The notes beneath the pieces are model-generated. The model saw only the letters and a program-made list of their open reading frames with translations. It was not told where the DNA came from and made no database searches. A stretch of DNA of 64,000 bases from Microbacterium hydrocarbonoxydans (GTDB lineage: Bacteria; Actinomycetota; Actinomycetes; Actinomycetales; Microbacteriaceae), in assembly GCA_040395495.1 (NCBI GenBank), contig JBEBQG010000015.1:391-64390 (forward strand), given 5' to 3'. The position numbers and the translations under genes were made by a program. Shown here piece after piece: positions 39,105 through 46,837 of this stretch. Positions within the stretch are counted from its first letter, which is position 1, and each line of letters starts with the position of its first letter.

Positions 39105-40582
39105 CGTCCGTCCTCCGGCCGTCTCGTCGGTTCGGGGAGGGGGCCGCTCGAGTGGTCGCCTCGGATGCGCTTGAGTACCAGTTCCGCGCTGATCAGGCAC
39201 ATCGGGATGCCGCCGCGCCACGAGTGGTAGTCGGTCGAGAAGTCGCCCGGCCCCCTCGTCTCGCGCACGACGATGCGGTCGCGGAGGTCGGGGATGCCCG
39301 CCCATCCCGCCACGAGATCGATTGCGGCGTCGGCGGCGCGTTCGACGGCGACCGAGCCCGTGCCCTCCGCTCCGCCGCTCCCGATCCCCGTGTCCGCGGG
39401 GACGGGGACGAGCACGAACAGGTTCTCGTGTCCGGCGGGGGCCACGGCCGGATCGGTCGCGCTCGGGCGGCACACGTACACCGAGGCCGGTGTCGGCACC
39501 GACGGGCGCGGTCCGAAGATCGCGTCGAAGTTCGCGTCCCAGTCCGCCGCGAAGAAGAGCGAGTGGTGGGGGATGCTCTCGAGCCCGCCCTGCACGCCCA
39601 GCATGACGAGGACGGCCCCGGGGCCGCTGACCCTCCGGCGCCACCATGCCTCCGGGTAGGTCTGGAGGTCACGGGGGAGAAGCGCGGTCTCCGTGTGGTG
39701 CAGGTCCGCCGCGGAGACGATGATGTCCGCGTGCTCCAGACCGCGGGTGCCGTCGGAGGCGACCCATTCGACGCCGTCGACGCGGGCTCGGCGGCCGGTG
39801 CGCGCCATCACCCGGATGCCGGTGACCTCGGCATCCGTGCGGATCACGGCTCCCGCCTCCCGCGTGAGGACTCCGATGCGCTCGACCACGCGGTGGAAGC
39901 CACCCTGCGGATAGCTCACTCCGTCGTCGAGATCGAGCGCGCTCATCAGGTGGTACATCGACGGCGCTCGCCGCGGATCGGTTCCGAGGAACACCGCGGG
40001 GTAGCCGAGGATCTGACGCAGCAGGGGGTGGCGGAAGCGCCCTGCCACGAACGACTGCAGTCGGCCGATCAGGAGCGACAGGAGCCGCGGAACCCCGCGC
40101 AGCACCTCCGGGTGGAGGAGGCCGGACAGGCGGGTGAACGGGTTGTAGAGGAAGTGCCGCTCGGCCATGGCGCTCGCGTGCTGCGCGGAGTCGAGGTACC
40201 GCCGGAGGCGCTCGCCGGAACCGGGCTCCATCGACTCGAAGAGTTGCGCGGCGGCCTCCCTCCCCGCGGGCACGGTGACCGTCGAAGCGGTCCCGTCGGC
40301 TCCCGGTTCGCCGAAGACCCGGTAGCCGGGATCGAGGTGCACCAGGTCGAGCTGCTCCGCGGTCGACGTGCCCATCATGCGGAAGAAGTGCTCGAACACC
40401 CGCGGCATCAGGTACCACGACGGGCCGGTGTCGAAGCGGAACCCGTCACGCTCGAGCGATCCCGCCCTCCCGCCGGTGCTGCGGTTCTTCTCGAGCACGA
40501 GGACCTCGTGCCCGTCGCGGGCGAGGAGCCCCGCCACGGCGAGCCCCGCGACGCCCGCGCCGATCACGACTGCCCGGCTCAC
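39101..40582 (-). CDS. crtI: phytoene desaturase
   Basis: The GTG start VSRAVVIGAGVAGLAVAGLLARDGHEVLVLEKNRSTGGRAG carries an FAD dinucleotide fold and overlaps the crtB stop (GTGA). Confidence 0.9.
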   Translation of the reverse strand: MSRAVVIGAGVAGLAVAGLLARDGHEVLVLEKNRSTGGRAGSLERDGFRFDTGPSWYLMPRVFEHFFRMMGTSTAEQLDLVHLDPGYRVFGEPGADGTASTVTVPAGREAAAQLFESMEPGSGERLRRYLDSAQHASAMAERHFLYNPFTRLSGLLHPEVLRGVPRLLSLLIGRLQSFVAGRFRHPLLRQILGYPAVFLGTDPRRAPSMYHLMSALDLDDGVSYPQGGFHRVVERIGVLTREAGAVIRTDAEVTGIRVMARTGRRARVDGVEWVASDGTRGLEHADIIVSAADLHHTETALLPRDLQTYPEAWWRRRVSGPGAVLVMLGVQGGLESIPHHSLFFAADWDANFDAIFGPRPSVPTPASVYVCRPSATDPAVAPAGHENLFVLVPVPADTGIGSGGAEGTGSVAVERAADAAIDLVAGWAGIPDLRDRIVVRETRGPGDFSTDYHSWRGGIPMCLISAELVLKRIRGDHSSGPLPEPTRRPEDGR

Positions 40583-41484
40583 GAGCGCGGCTCCCGCGCC
40601 GTCACGGCCAGTGCTCGCGCGGCGGTCGCCAGCTTGACCGGATCGGGCACGCGCACGCGGGTGCGGTAGAGCTCCTCGGCCGGCGTGCGGGCCACCCTCT
40701 CGGTGAGCGCGAGGAACAGTCCGTGGGCGCTGCGCACGGCGGCGCGGCAGTCGCGGGGGAGCAGCGGCACCGCTTTCGACGCGTCGTCGAGCTGGCGGCG
40801 CACGGTCTCGACCCATCGGTCGCGATCGGCATCCGTCACGCGGCTGTTCCCGCCCAGATAGCCGCGCCGCAGCCGGGAGGTGTCGTCGGCGATGTCGCGC
40901 AGGAAGTTGACGTTCTGAAACGCGGCCCCGAGCTGTCGGGCGCCGTGTTCGAGCACGGCGAGCTCGTCCGCTCGGGGCTCGTCGTCGCAGAGGAAGACCC
41001 GCAGGCACATCAGTCCGACGACCTCTGCCGATCCGTGGACGTAGCGTTCGTGCTGCGCCGCGTCGAAGGAGACGAAGGCTCCGCCGAGCGCGTCGGCTCG
41101 CATGGAGTCGAAGAACGGGCCCGTCAGCGACTCGTCGATCCCCACCCGGCGCGCCGTGCGTCCGAACGCGTGCAGGATCATGTCCGTGCTGTACCCGCGG
41201 CTCATGGCGGTGCGGGTCTCGGTCTCGTAGGCGTCCAGAGCCTCCGCTTGCACGGAGTCCTCCAGGCCTGCTTCGGCGGCCACGCCGTCGACGATCTCGT
41301 CGGCGATCCGCACCATGGCGTAGATGTTGCGCACGTGCTGCCGATGACGGCTCCCCAGCAACCGGGTCGCGAGCCCGAACGATGTGGAGTAGGAGCGGAT
41401 CACGCCCGTGGCGGCGGTCTCCGCCGTGCGGGTGAAGCGATCGAGCGCCTCCGTCTCGGGGCGGGCCCTGCGTCCCCTCCTCAC
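40579..41484 (-). CDS. crtB: phytoene synthase
   Basis: YSTSFGLATRLL...IYAMVRIADEIVD and GAAFQNVNFLRDIADD are the two Asp-rich squalene/phytoene synthase motifs. The GTG start overlaps the crtE stop. Confidence 0.9.
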   Translation of the reverse strand: MRRGRRARPETEALDRFTRTAETAATGVIRSYSTSFGLATRLLGSRHRQHVRNIYAMVRIADEIVDGVAAEAGLEDSVQAEALDAYETETRTAMSRGYSTDMILHAFGRTARRVGIDESLTGPFFDSMRADALGGAFVSFDAAQHERYVHGSAEVVGLMCLRVFLCDDEPRADELAVLEHGARQLGAAFQNVNFLRDIADDTSRLRRGYLGGNSRVTDADRDRWVETVRRQLDDASKAVPLLPRDCRAAVRSAHGLFLALTERVARTPAEELYRTRVRVPDPVKLATAARALAVTAREPRS

Positions 41485-42581
41485 GAGCGCCTCCCCGTGA
41501 TCCGGTCCATCACGGCGAGCAGCACGGGACGGATGCCGGCGGGCATCAGGGCGTCGCGCACGGAATCGTCGACGATGCTCCGCGCATCCTGGAGCCGCTC
41601 GGCGATCAGGGCCTCCGCGAAGGCCTCGGCGCCGCAGGAGCGCAACCGGCTCGCGATGAGGGACGCCTCGGCCGGCGTGAGATCCGGGGCGCCGAACCGC
41701 GGCGCGATGGCCGACCACGCGCTGGTCATGCGCGCGTACGCGATGATCGCCGTCTCCTTGCCCTCGCGCAGGTCGGACCGAGGATCCTTCCCGTGTTCCC
41801 GCGCATCCCCGAACACCGACATCAGATCGTCCTGCAACTGAAAGGCGAGGCCGACGTGCCCGGCAGCCTCCGCCAAGGCGTCCTCGGCGGCACGGGTGCA
41901 TCCCGACAGGATGGCCGCGGCACGCAGCGGGAGCTCGAACGAGTAGACGGCGGTCTTCCGCGCCGTCATGCGCAGGATCGCGGGGAGCTCGGCATCGAGG
42001 ACGCCGTCGCCGAGGCCGACGTCGGCGACCTCGCCGGCGACCGTCTCAGTGATGACGTGCTCCAGCAGGTCGAGCAGCCGCGTGCGCGTCTCGGCTCCCA
42101 CCGGCGCGCGCGCGAAGCCCAGCACGGCTCCGGTGAGGAGCAGATCGCCCATGAGGAGAGCGCCGGCGCGCCCCCAGTGCTGCGCTCGTGACGAGGGGAT
42201 GGCGTCACGGAAAGGTCGGTCCGTGGAGAGGGCGAGCGCGCCGACGAGATTCGGGCGGCCGCGCCGCATCATGTCGCCGTCGATCACGTCGTCGTGGAGC
42301 AGGAACGAGTAGTGCAGCAGCTCCACGGCGGTCGCGAGTTCCACGACGGCGTCCTCGTCGTAGGTGACCGTGCCGAGCCCTCCGGCGAGGGCACGGTAGG
42401 ACTCGATGAGCAGGCGTGGTCGCAGCAGCTTGCCGCCGATCGCTCCGTCGGCCGCGGTGCGCCAGACCCGGACGAACTCGTCGCCGTAGGAGCGGGCCGC
42501 ATCGATGCCATCGTCGAAGCGCCGACGGAGCGAGTCCTCGATCGCGACGTGGAGGGCGTCGTGACCCACGGCGGCGGGCAC
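41481..42581 (-). CDS. crtE: polyprenyl (geranylgeranyl) diphosphate synthase
   Basis: First Asp-rich motif LLHDDVIDGD, second FQLQDDLMS. Assigned as crtE by its position at the head of the crt genes. Confidence 0.8.
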   Translation of the reverse strand: MPAAVGHDALHVAIEDSLRRRFDDGIDAARSYGDEFVRVWRTAADGAIGGKLLRPRLLIESYRALAGGLGTVTYDEDAVVELATAVELLHYSFLLHDDVIDGDMMRRGRPNLVGALALSTDRPFRDAIPSSRAQHWGRAGALLMGDLLLTGAVLGFARAPVGAETRTRLLDLLEHVITETVAGEVADVGLGDGVLDAELPAILRMTARKTAVYSFELPLRAAAILSGCTRAAEDALAEAAGHVGLAFQLQDDLMSVFGDAREHGKDPRSDLREGKETAIIAYARMTSAWSAIAPRFGAPDLTPAEASLIASRLRSCGAEAFAEALIAERLQDARSIVDDSVRDALMPAGIRPVLLAVMDRITGRRS

Positions 42582-42583
42582 GG

Positions 42584-43105
42584 TCAGACCTCGCCGAGGG
42601 CGTGCAGGAGCTCGAGCTGCTCGCGCATCCAGGGGCTGAACGCGTAGGGCGCCGCACGGACGGCCGTGAGGAGGGCGTCAGGGGCGGTCCAGCTCCACTC
42701 GGCGACCTCACCGGGCCGGGGGATGAGCGCGCCGTCGAGCATGGCGACGTACACGGGGCAGATCTCGTTCTCGACGATGCCGCTCGCGTCGACGGCGCGG
42801 TACCTGTAGTCGGGCAGCACGGGGCGGAGGGCGGAGACGGTGGTTCCCAGTTCGTCGGCCGCGCGTCGGTGCACGGCATCCTCGACCGTCTCGCCGGGGC
42901 GGGGGTGTCCGCAGAAGCTGTTGGTCCACACTCCGGCCCACGTCTGCTTGCCGAGAGCGCGGCGGGTCACGAGGAGGCGTCCCCGTCCGTCGAGCAGATG
43001 GCACGAGAAGCCGAGATGCAGAGGAGTGTCCGCCGTGTGGGCGAGGAGCTTGGCCGAGGAGCCGATGATCGTGCCGTCATCGTCCAGCAGGGTGACGTCG
43101 TCCAT
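42584..43105 (-). CDS. idi: isopentenyl-diphosphate delta-isomerase, type 1 (Nudix fold)
   Basis: Start MDDVTLLDDDG at 43105. LHLGFSCHLLDGRGRLLVTRRALGKQTWAGVWTNSFCGHPRPGE...ENEICPVY. Confidence 0.9.
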   Translation of the reverse strand: MDDVTLLDDDGTIIGSSAKLLAHTADTPLHLGFSCHLLDGRGRLLVTRRALGKQTWAGVWTNSFCGHPRPGETVEDAVHRRAADELGTTVSALRPVLPDYRYRAVDASGIVENEICPVYVAMLDGALIPRPGEVAEWSWTAPDALLTAVRAAPYAFSPWMREQLELLHALGEV

Positions 43106-43174
43106 GTCTCTCCATTTGCCTAGCTTGGCGAGTAATAAACTTAGCATGAAAGTATTGATGTGTAGCATGATGCC

Positions 43175-43801
43175 ATGGAACAGCGACCCGACGCCACCCC
43201 CTCGACGGGGTCGACCGGCGAGGGTCGGACCTCGCCGGACGGGCTCACGTACTCGGCGATCTACGACGTGGACGCCAGCGATCCGCGCAGCACGCTGATC
43301 GATCGGACCGGCGTCGCCCCTGAGGACCTGCGCCAGATCGCCGTGCTCATGGGCGCCCTCGGAGATCTGAGGGATGCAGAGCAGCGGCTCTCCCTCGCCT
43401 CTCGGCGGTACATGCAGCTGAACGAGACCGACATGCGGGCGCTCCACTACCTGATCGTGTGCGCGAACCGCGGGGTCATCGCGACGCCCGGAGGCATCGC
43501 GCAGCATCTGGGGATATCGACGGCGTCGACGACGAAGCTGTTGGACAGGCTCGAGAAGGGGGCGCACATCCGGCGCGCGCCTCATCCGACGGACCGGCGC
43601 GCGCTCGCGATCTCCATCACACCCGAGACCCGGCAGGCGGCTATGGAGACGGTGGGTCGCCAGCAGTCCAAGCGGTTCTATGCGGCCGCGAGGCTGACAT
43701 CAGAGGAGAGGGAGGTCGTGATCCGCTTCCTCATGGACATGACGGCGGAGATCACCCTCACGGGTGACGAGCCGTGGGCGCAGGACGGCGCCCACGGCTG
43801 A
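43175..43801 (+). CDS. MarR family transcriptional regulator, divergent from the crt operon (CrtR-like by position)
   Basis: MarR winged helix LNETDMRALHYLIVCANRGVIATPGGIAQHLGISTASTTKLLDRLEKGAHIRRAPHPTDRRA. The arrangement is the same as for the MarR-type crt repressor reported in Corynebacterium glutamicum. Confidence 0.7.
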   Translation: MEQRPDATPSTGSTGEGRTSPDGLTYSAIYDVDASDPRSTLIDRTGVAPEDLRQIAVLMGALGDLRDAEQRLSLASRRYMQLNETDMRALHYLIVCANRGVIATPGGIAQHLGISTASTTKLLDRLEKGAHIRRAPHPTDRRALAISITPETRQAAMETVGRQQSKRFYAAARLTSEEREVVIRFLMDMTAEITLTGDEPWAQDGAHG

Positions 43802-43805
43802 GCGG

Positions 43806-44153
43806 TCAATGGGCCGCGTTGTACGCCTCGATCACCGGGGCGGGGATGCGGCCGCGCTCGGAGAGCGTGTACCCGTTGTCGTTCGCCCAGGCGCGGATCG
43901 CGGCGACCTCCGGATTGCGCGCGGGGCGCTTTCGCGGTGCCGCCGCGCGGGGTGCGGAATTCGACGAACCCGCACGGCGTCCGGCCGAGATGTACGGCTC
44001 GAATGCCGACCGCAATTCTGCAGCGTGCTCGGCGTTCAGGTCGATCTCGTATGCGGTTCCGTTCAGCGAGAAATGCACGGTCTCGCCTTCCCCGACTTCC
44101 AGGACGCTGCCGTCGATATCGTCGACCAACTGGTGCACAATTCTTCTCGCCAT
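43806..44153 (-). CDS. lsr2: Lsr2 family nucleoid-associated protein
   Basis: Start MARRIVHQLVDDIDGS at 44153; the 127-aa ORF extension is rejected. The C-terminal AT-hook-like DNA-binding region is IRAWANDNGYTLSERGRIPAPVIEAY. Confidence 0.85.
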   Translation of the reverse strand: MARRIVHQLVDDIDGSVLEVGEGETVHFSLNGTAYEIDLNAEHAAELRSAFEPYISAGRRAGSSNSAPRAAAPRKRPARNPEVAAIRAWANDNGYTLSERGRIPAPVIEAYNAAH

Positions 44154-44214
44154 GGAATTGACAATACCCGCGTCAAGGAATGCCGACAAGGAGCGCCGCG
44201 GCTATTCTCCGTGG

Positions 44215-44541
44215 TTATTCGTGACCGGGGTCGATGAGCTTGAGACCGACGATGCAGCCAACCAGCCCCATGAGCAGCAGGATGCGCAGCCACGACACCT
44301 CGGTGTCGCCGGTGATCATGGCCCAGATCACGGTGAGGGACGCACCGATCCCGACCCAGACGGCGTACGCCGTGCCGGTGGCGATGTCGCGCATGGCGAA
44401 GGCGAGCCCGACCATGGAGAGCGCGAGACCGCCGAAGAAGATCACGCTCGGCCAGAGTTTGGTCAATCCGTCGGACTTGCCGAGTGCGGTGGCCCAGACG
44501 GCCTCGAGGATGCCGGATGCGATGAGCACGATCCACGACAT
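44215..44541 (-). CDS. sugE: SMR family transporter (SugE/Gdx-type guanidinium exporter)
   Basis: 108 aa, 4 TM segments. MSWIVLIASGILEAVWATALGKSDG carries the conserved membrane Glu. It is preceded by a guanidine-III riboswitch. Confidence 0.9.
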   Translation of the reverse strand: MSWIVLIASGILEAVWATALGKSDGLTKLWPSVIFFGGLALSMVGLAFAMRDIATGTAYAVWVGIGASLTVIWAMITGDTEVSWLRILLLMGLVGCIVGLKLIDPGHE

Positions 44542-44554
44542 GATGGTCCTTTCG

Positions 44555-44597
44555 GACCAGTCTTTTCGCTCACCGGGTACTGGCCTGCCTCGTCCGG
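44555..44597 (-). ncRNA. guanidine-III (ykkC-III) riboswitch aptamer
   Basis: The minus strand reads CCGGACGAGGCAGGCCAGUACCCGGUGAGCGAAAAGACUGGUC. The Thermobifida fusca aptamer, as I recall it, is CCGGACGAGGUGCGCCGUACCCGGUCAGGACAAGACGGCGC. CCGGACGAGG and UACCCGGU are identical, and the pseudoknot helix is kept by covariation (GGCCAG/CUGGUC). The 3' arm overlaps the hairpin GGUCC-GAAA-GGACC (44545-44558), which contains the SD. Confidence 0.8.
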
Positions 44598-44671
44598 AGT
44601 CGGGGTTCGCCGACTCCCCTCATGCTAGCGGACGGGGCTGGGCAGGCCCTGTGCAGTCAGGCCCTGTGCAG

Positions 44672-45532
44672 TCAGGGCAGGAGTCCGGCCCGACGAGCCC
44701 TGGCGACGGCCGAGTGCCTCGTCGAGGCGTCGAGCTTGGACATGGCGGTGCCCAGGTAGGCCTTGACGGTGCCCTCGCGCAGCCCGAGCTGCGCCGCGAT
44801 CTCGGCGTTCGTCGCGCCGAGTGCCGCGCAGGCGAGCACATCGGTCTCGCGTCGTGAGAGGTGCACGGTCGGCACCGATCCGGTCGTGGGTTGCGGGGCG
44901 TCTCCGGCGAGGCTCACGAGCCTGTTCTCGATCACGGCGATCCGCGCGCGCAGTTCCGCATCGTCGACCGAGGCTGCGATGCTGCGCAGTTCGGCGAAGC
45001 TCTCGCGCAGCTCCTCGCGCTGGCTCGGGGCCACGGAGGCGGAGGGGGCGGATGCGCGCAGCCGTCGTTCGACCTCGTCGCGGATCCTGAGTTCATCGGC
45101 CACGGTCTGGGCGACCTGCATCGCAGGCGCAGTGGTCACCCCTCCCACCGGCGTCTCCTCCCAGGCGCCGGCGTAGAGCACGCCGCGCGGGCGCCCGTTG
45201 ACGATGATCGGCAGGGCGAGAAGCGTGCTCAGCCCCTCGCCGAGGACGAACACGTCGTAGTCGTGGGTGATCTGCTGCGAAGAGCCGTAGTCGTTGGTCA
45301 TCCGCGGGCGGAGCTCCATCATCGCCCGGCCGCCGAGACCGCGCTCCGGCCGCACCCGCAGGCCGTCGAGGCTGTTCGTGCGATTGCCGACGATGCTCGT
45401 CACGGCGACGACGCCCTGCTCGATGAGCCCTCCGAACGCCACGGGGAAGCGGGTGCGCCGCGCGAGGTCGCGTACGGCCCTCGCGACGAGCTCGCTCTCC
45501 GGCTCCAGCTCCAGCTCCTGCGATCCGCTCAC
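44672..45532 (-). CDS. LuxR-family transcriptional regulator with N-terminal GAF-like sensor domain
   Basis: C-terminal HTH LSRRETDVLACAALGATNAEIAAQLGLREGTVKAYLGTAMSKL. The N-terminal 170 aa or so are GAF-like (PVAFGGLIEQG...LALPIIVNGRPRGVLYAG). GTG start at 45532. Confidence 0.75.
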   Translation of the reverse strand: MSGSQELELEPESELVARAVRDLARRTRFPVAFGGLIEQGVVAVTSIVGNRTNSLDGLRVRPERGLGGRAMMELRPRMTNDYGSSQQITHDYDVFVLGEGLSTLLALPIIVNGRPRGVLYAGAWEETPVGGVTTAPAMQVAQTVADELRIRDEVERRLRASAPSASVAPSQREELRESFAELRSIAASVDDAELRARIAVIENRLVSLAGDAPQPTTGSVPTVHLSRRETDVLACAALGATNAEIAAQLGLREGTVKAYLGTAMSKLDASTRHSAVARARRAGLLP

Positions 45533-45559
45533 GGCGACCTTCCTTCAGGGTGACGGCAC

Positions 45560-45985
45560 CGTGCGCCCTTTCGACGACTCGACTTTATCACCGGCGGTTG
45601 ACGCCGTCCCGCTTTCTCCGCAGCGTGCTGTGCCGGGAACGCATTGTCCGGGAGTGCTTTCTCCGGAGGGTGCCATTTGACCCGACGCGCACCTTCCTCG
45701 GACGCGCGCTTTCGACGGAGGCGAGTTTTCAACGGACGCACGCTTTCCCGGGGAGGCGAGCTTTCCCGGAGGCGAGCTTTCCCCGAACGCGCGCTTTCGA
45801 CGGAGACGAGCTTTCCCCGGACGCGTGCTTTTCCCCGACGCGTGGTTTCCCCGCGGGGCTTCCCCCGATACGGGCTTTTCCGACGCGTGCTTTCCCCCGG
45901 TTCGTGTTTTCCCTCGGTTCGTGCTTCCCCCGTCGCGTGTTTTCCCTCGGTTCGTGCTTCCCCCGAGGCGTGTTTTCGCATGCCG
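45560..45985. repeat. degenerate head-to-tail tandem repeat array, unit about 16-18 nt (GACGCGNGCTTTCCCCG), roughly 20 copies
   Basis: T-tracts recur every 13-18 nt from 45710 to 45973. There are perfect local duplications at 45753-45767/45769-45783 and a 31/33 duplication at 45904-45936/45937-45969. There are no spacers and no coding periodicity. Confidence 0.85.
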
Positions 45986-46124
45986 CCGGCCGGAGGGCGT
46001 TCTGCCGCGAGCGCGCGCGGTGAAGCTCGTCGCCTTCGGCATCCGTCCTCCGGCATGACTGTCGACCCGCACGCGGGTCCCGGCGGCCTACACGCCGGGA
46101 CCCGCGTCGTCGAGGTGCGCTCCG

Positions 46125-46640
46125 TCAGCCCTGCGATTCCAGGTCGAGCAGGAAGCGCTTGCGTTCGGGGTGGGCGCCGTAGTGACCGGCGGTTCCGTCG
46201 GAGCGGACCACCCTGTGCACGGGAACCACGATCGAGAACGGGGTGAGGCGGCATGCCGTTCCCACGGCGCGGGCCGCTCCGGGATGGCCGGCGAGCACGG
46301 CGACCTCGCCGTAGCTGAGCGTCTCCCCCCACTCGATGGTGCAGATGGTCTGGAGAGCGGCGCGGGCGAAGCCGTCGACCAGGCTCCAGTCGAGCCGGAC
46401 GTGTTCGTCGAATCGGATCGGCTCCCCATCGAAGTACCGGTCGAGGAGCAGCGTGAGCGCGTCGGCGGCACCGGGCTCCGGCTCCGGCATCGCCCGTAGC
46501 CGGCCCGACACCTCTTCGAGCAGCCAGGGCACGGACGGATCGAGGGACTCGGACAGGTCGAACGCCACGAGGCCGTCGGGGGAGAAGACCGCGAGCGCGT
46601 CGCCGAAGGGCGTCGGTGCGAAGTCGTAGCGGAAGGTCAT
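46125..46640 (-). CDS. methylated-DNA--protein-cysteine methyltransferase fold protein lacking the acceptor cysteine (alkyltransferase-like)
   Basis: Start MTFRYDF at 46640. The C-terminal domain is TLSYGEVAVLAGHPGAARAVGTACRLTPFSIVVPVHRVVRSDGTAGHYG. The canonical PCHRV motif reads PVHRV. Confidence 0.75.
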   Translation of the reverse strand: MTFRYDFAPTPFGDALAVFSPDGLVAFDLSESLDPSVPWLLEEVSGRLRAMPEPEPGAADALTLLLDRYFDGEPIRFDEHVRLDWSLVDGFARAALQTICTIEWGETLSYGEVAVLAGHPGAARAVGTACRLTPFSIVVPVHRVVRSDGTAGHYGAHPERKRFLLDLESQG

Positions 46641-46651
46641 GCCCCCATCCT

Positions 46652-46684
46652 GTCGGTCGGGTCCGACCGTCGGACCCGACCGAC
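46652..46684. repeat. perfect 33-bp palindrome in divergent promoter region
   Basis: GTCGGTCGGGTCCGAC-C-GTCGGACCCGACCGAC has 16-bp arms with no mismatch. It lies 12 nt upstream of the alkyltransferase-like start and 154 nt upstream of the helicase-like start. Confidence 0.9.
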
Positions 46685-46837
46685 CGTCCTGGCCCGGGAT
46701 CGGTGGAGGGATCGAGACCATCGGATGTCGGTGGAGGAGGGTGCCGAGAGACCCTCTCGGGCCGTTCAGACGCGGAAATCCGGTGAAACCCGCCCGGGAT
46801 ACCGATCCCGCGGCGTGTCGCGCTTAGTGTGTGAGGT

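Noticed and set aside
44645-44674. A perfect 15-nt tandem duplication, GGCCCTGTGCAGTCA x2, spanning the stop codon of the GAF-LuxR gene and giving two in-frame stops 15 nt apart. A similar 18-nt-period duplication lies at 12070-12102, just after the SRAP gene stop.
   Set aside because: They are too short and isolated to argue for function. They are most simply replication-slippage duplications in 3' flanks.
45560-45985. The possibility that the tandem repeat region is a CRISPR array or encodes a repetitive protein.
   Set aside because: The units are contiguous with no unique spacers, and at 16-18 nt they are shorter than CRISPR repeats. The period is not a multiple of 3, so any frame changes with every unit. 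The open frames exist only because the unit lacks stop triplets.
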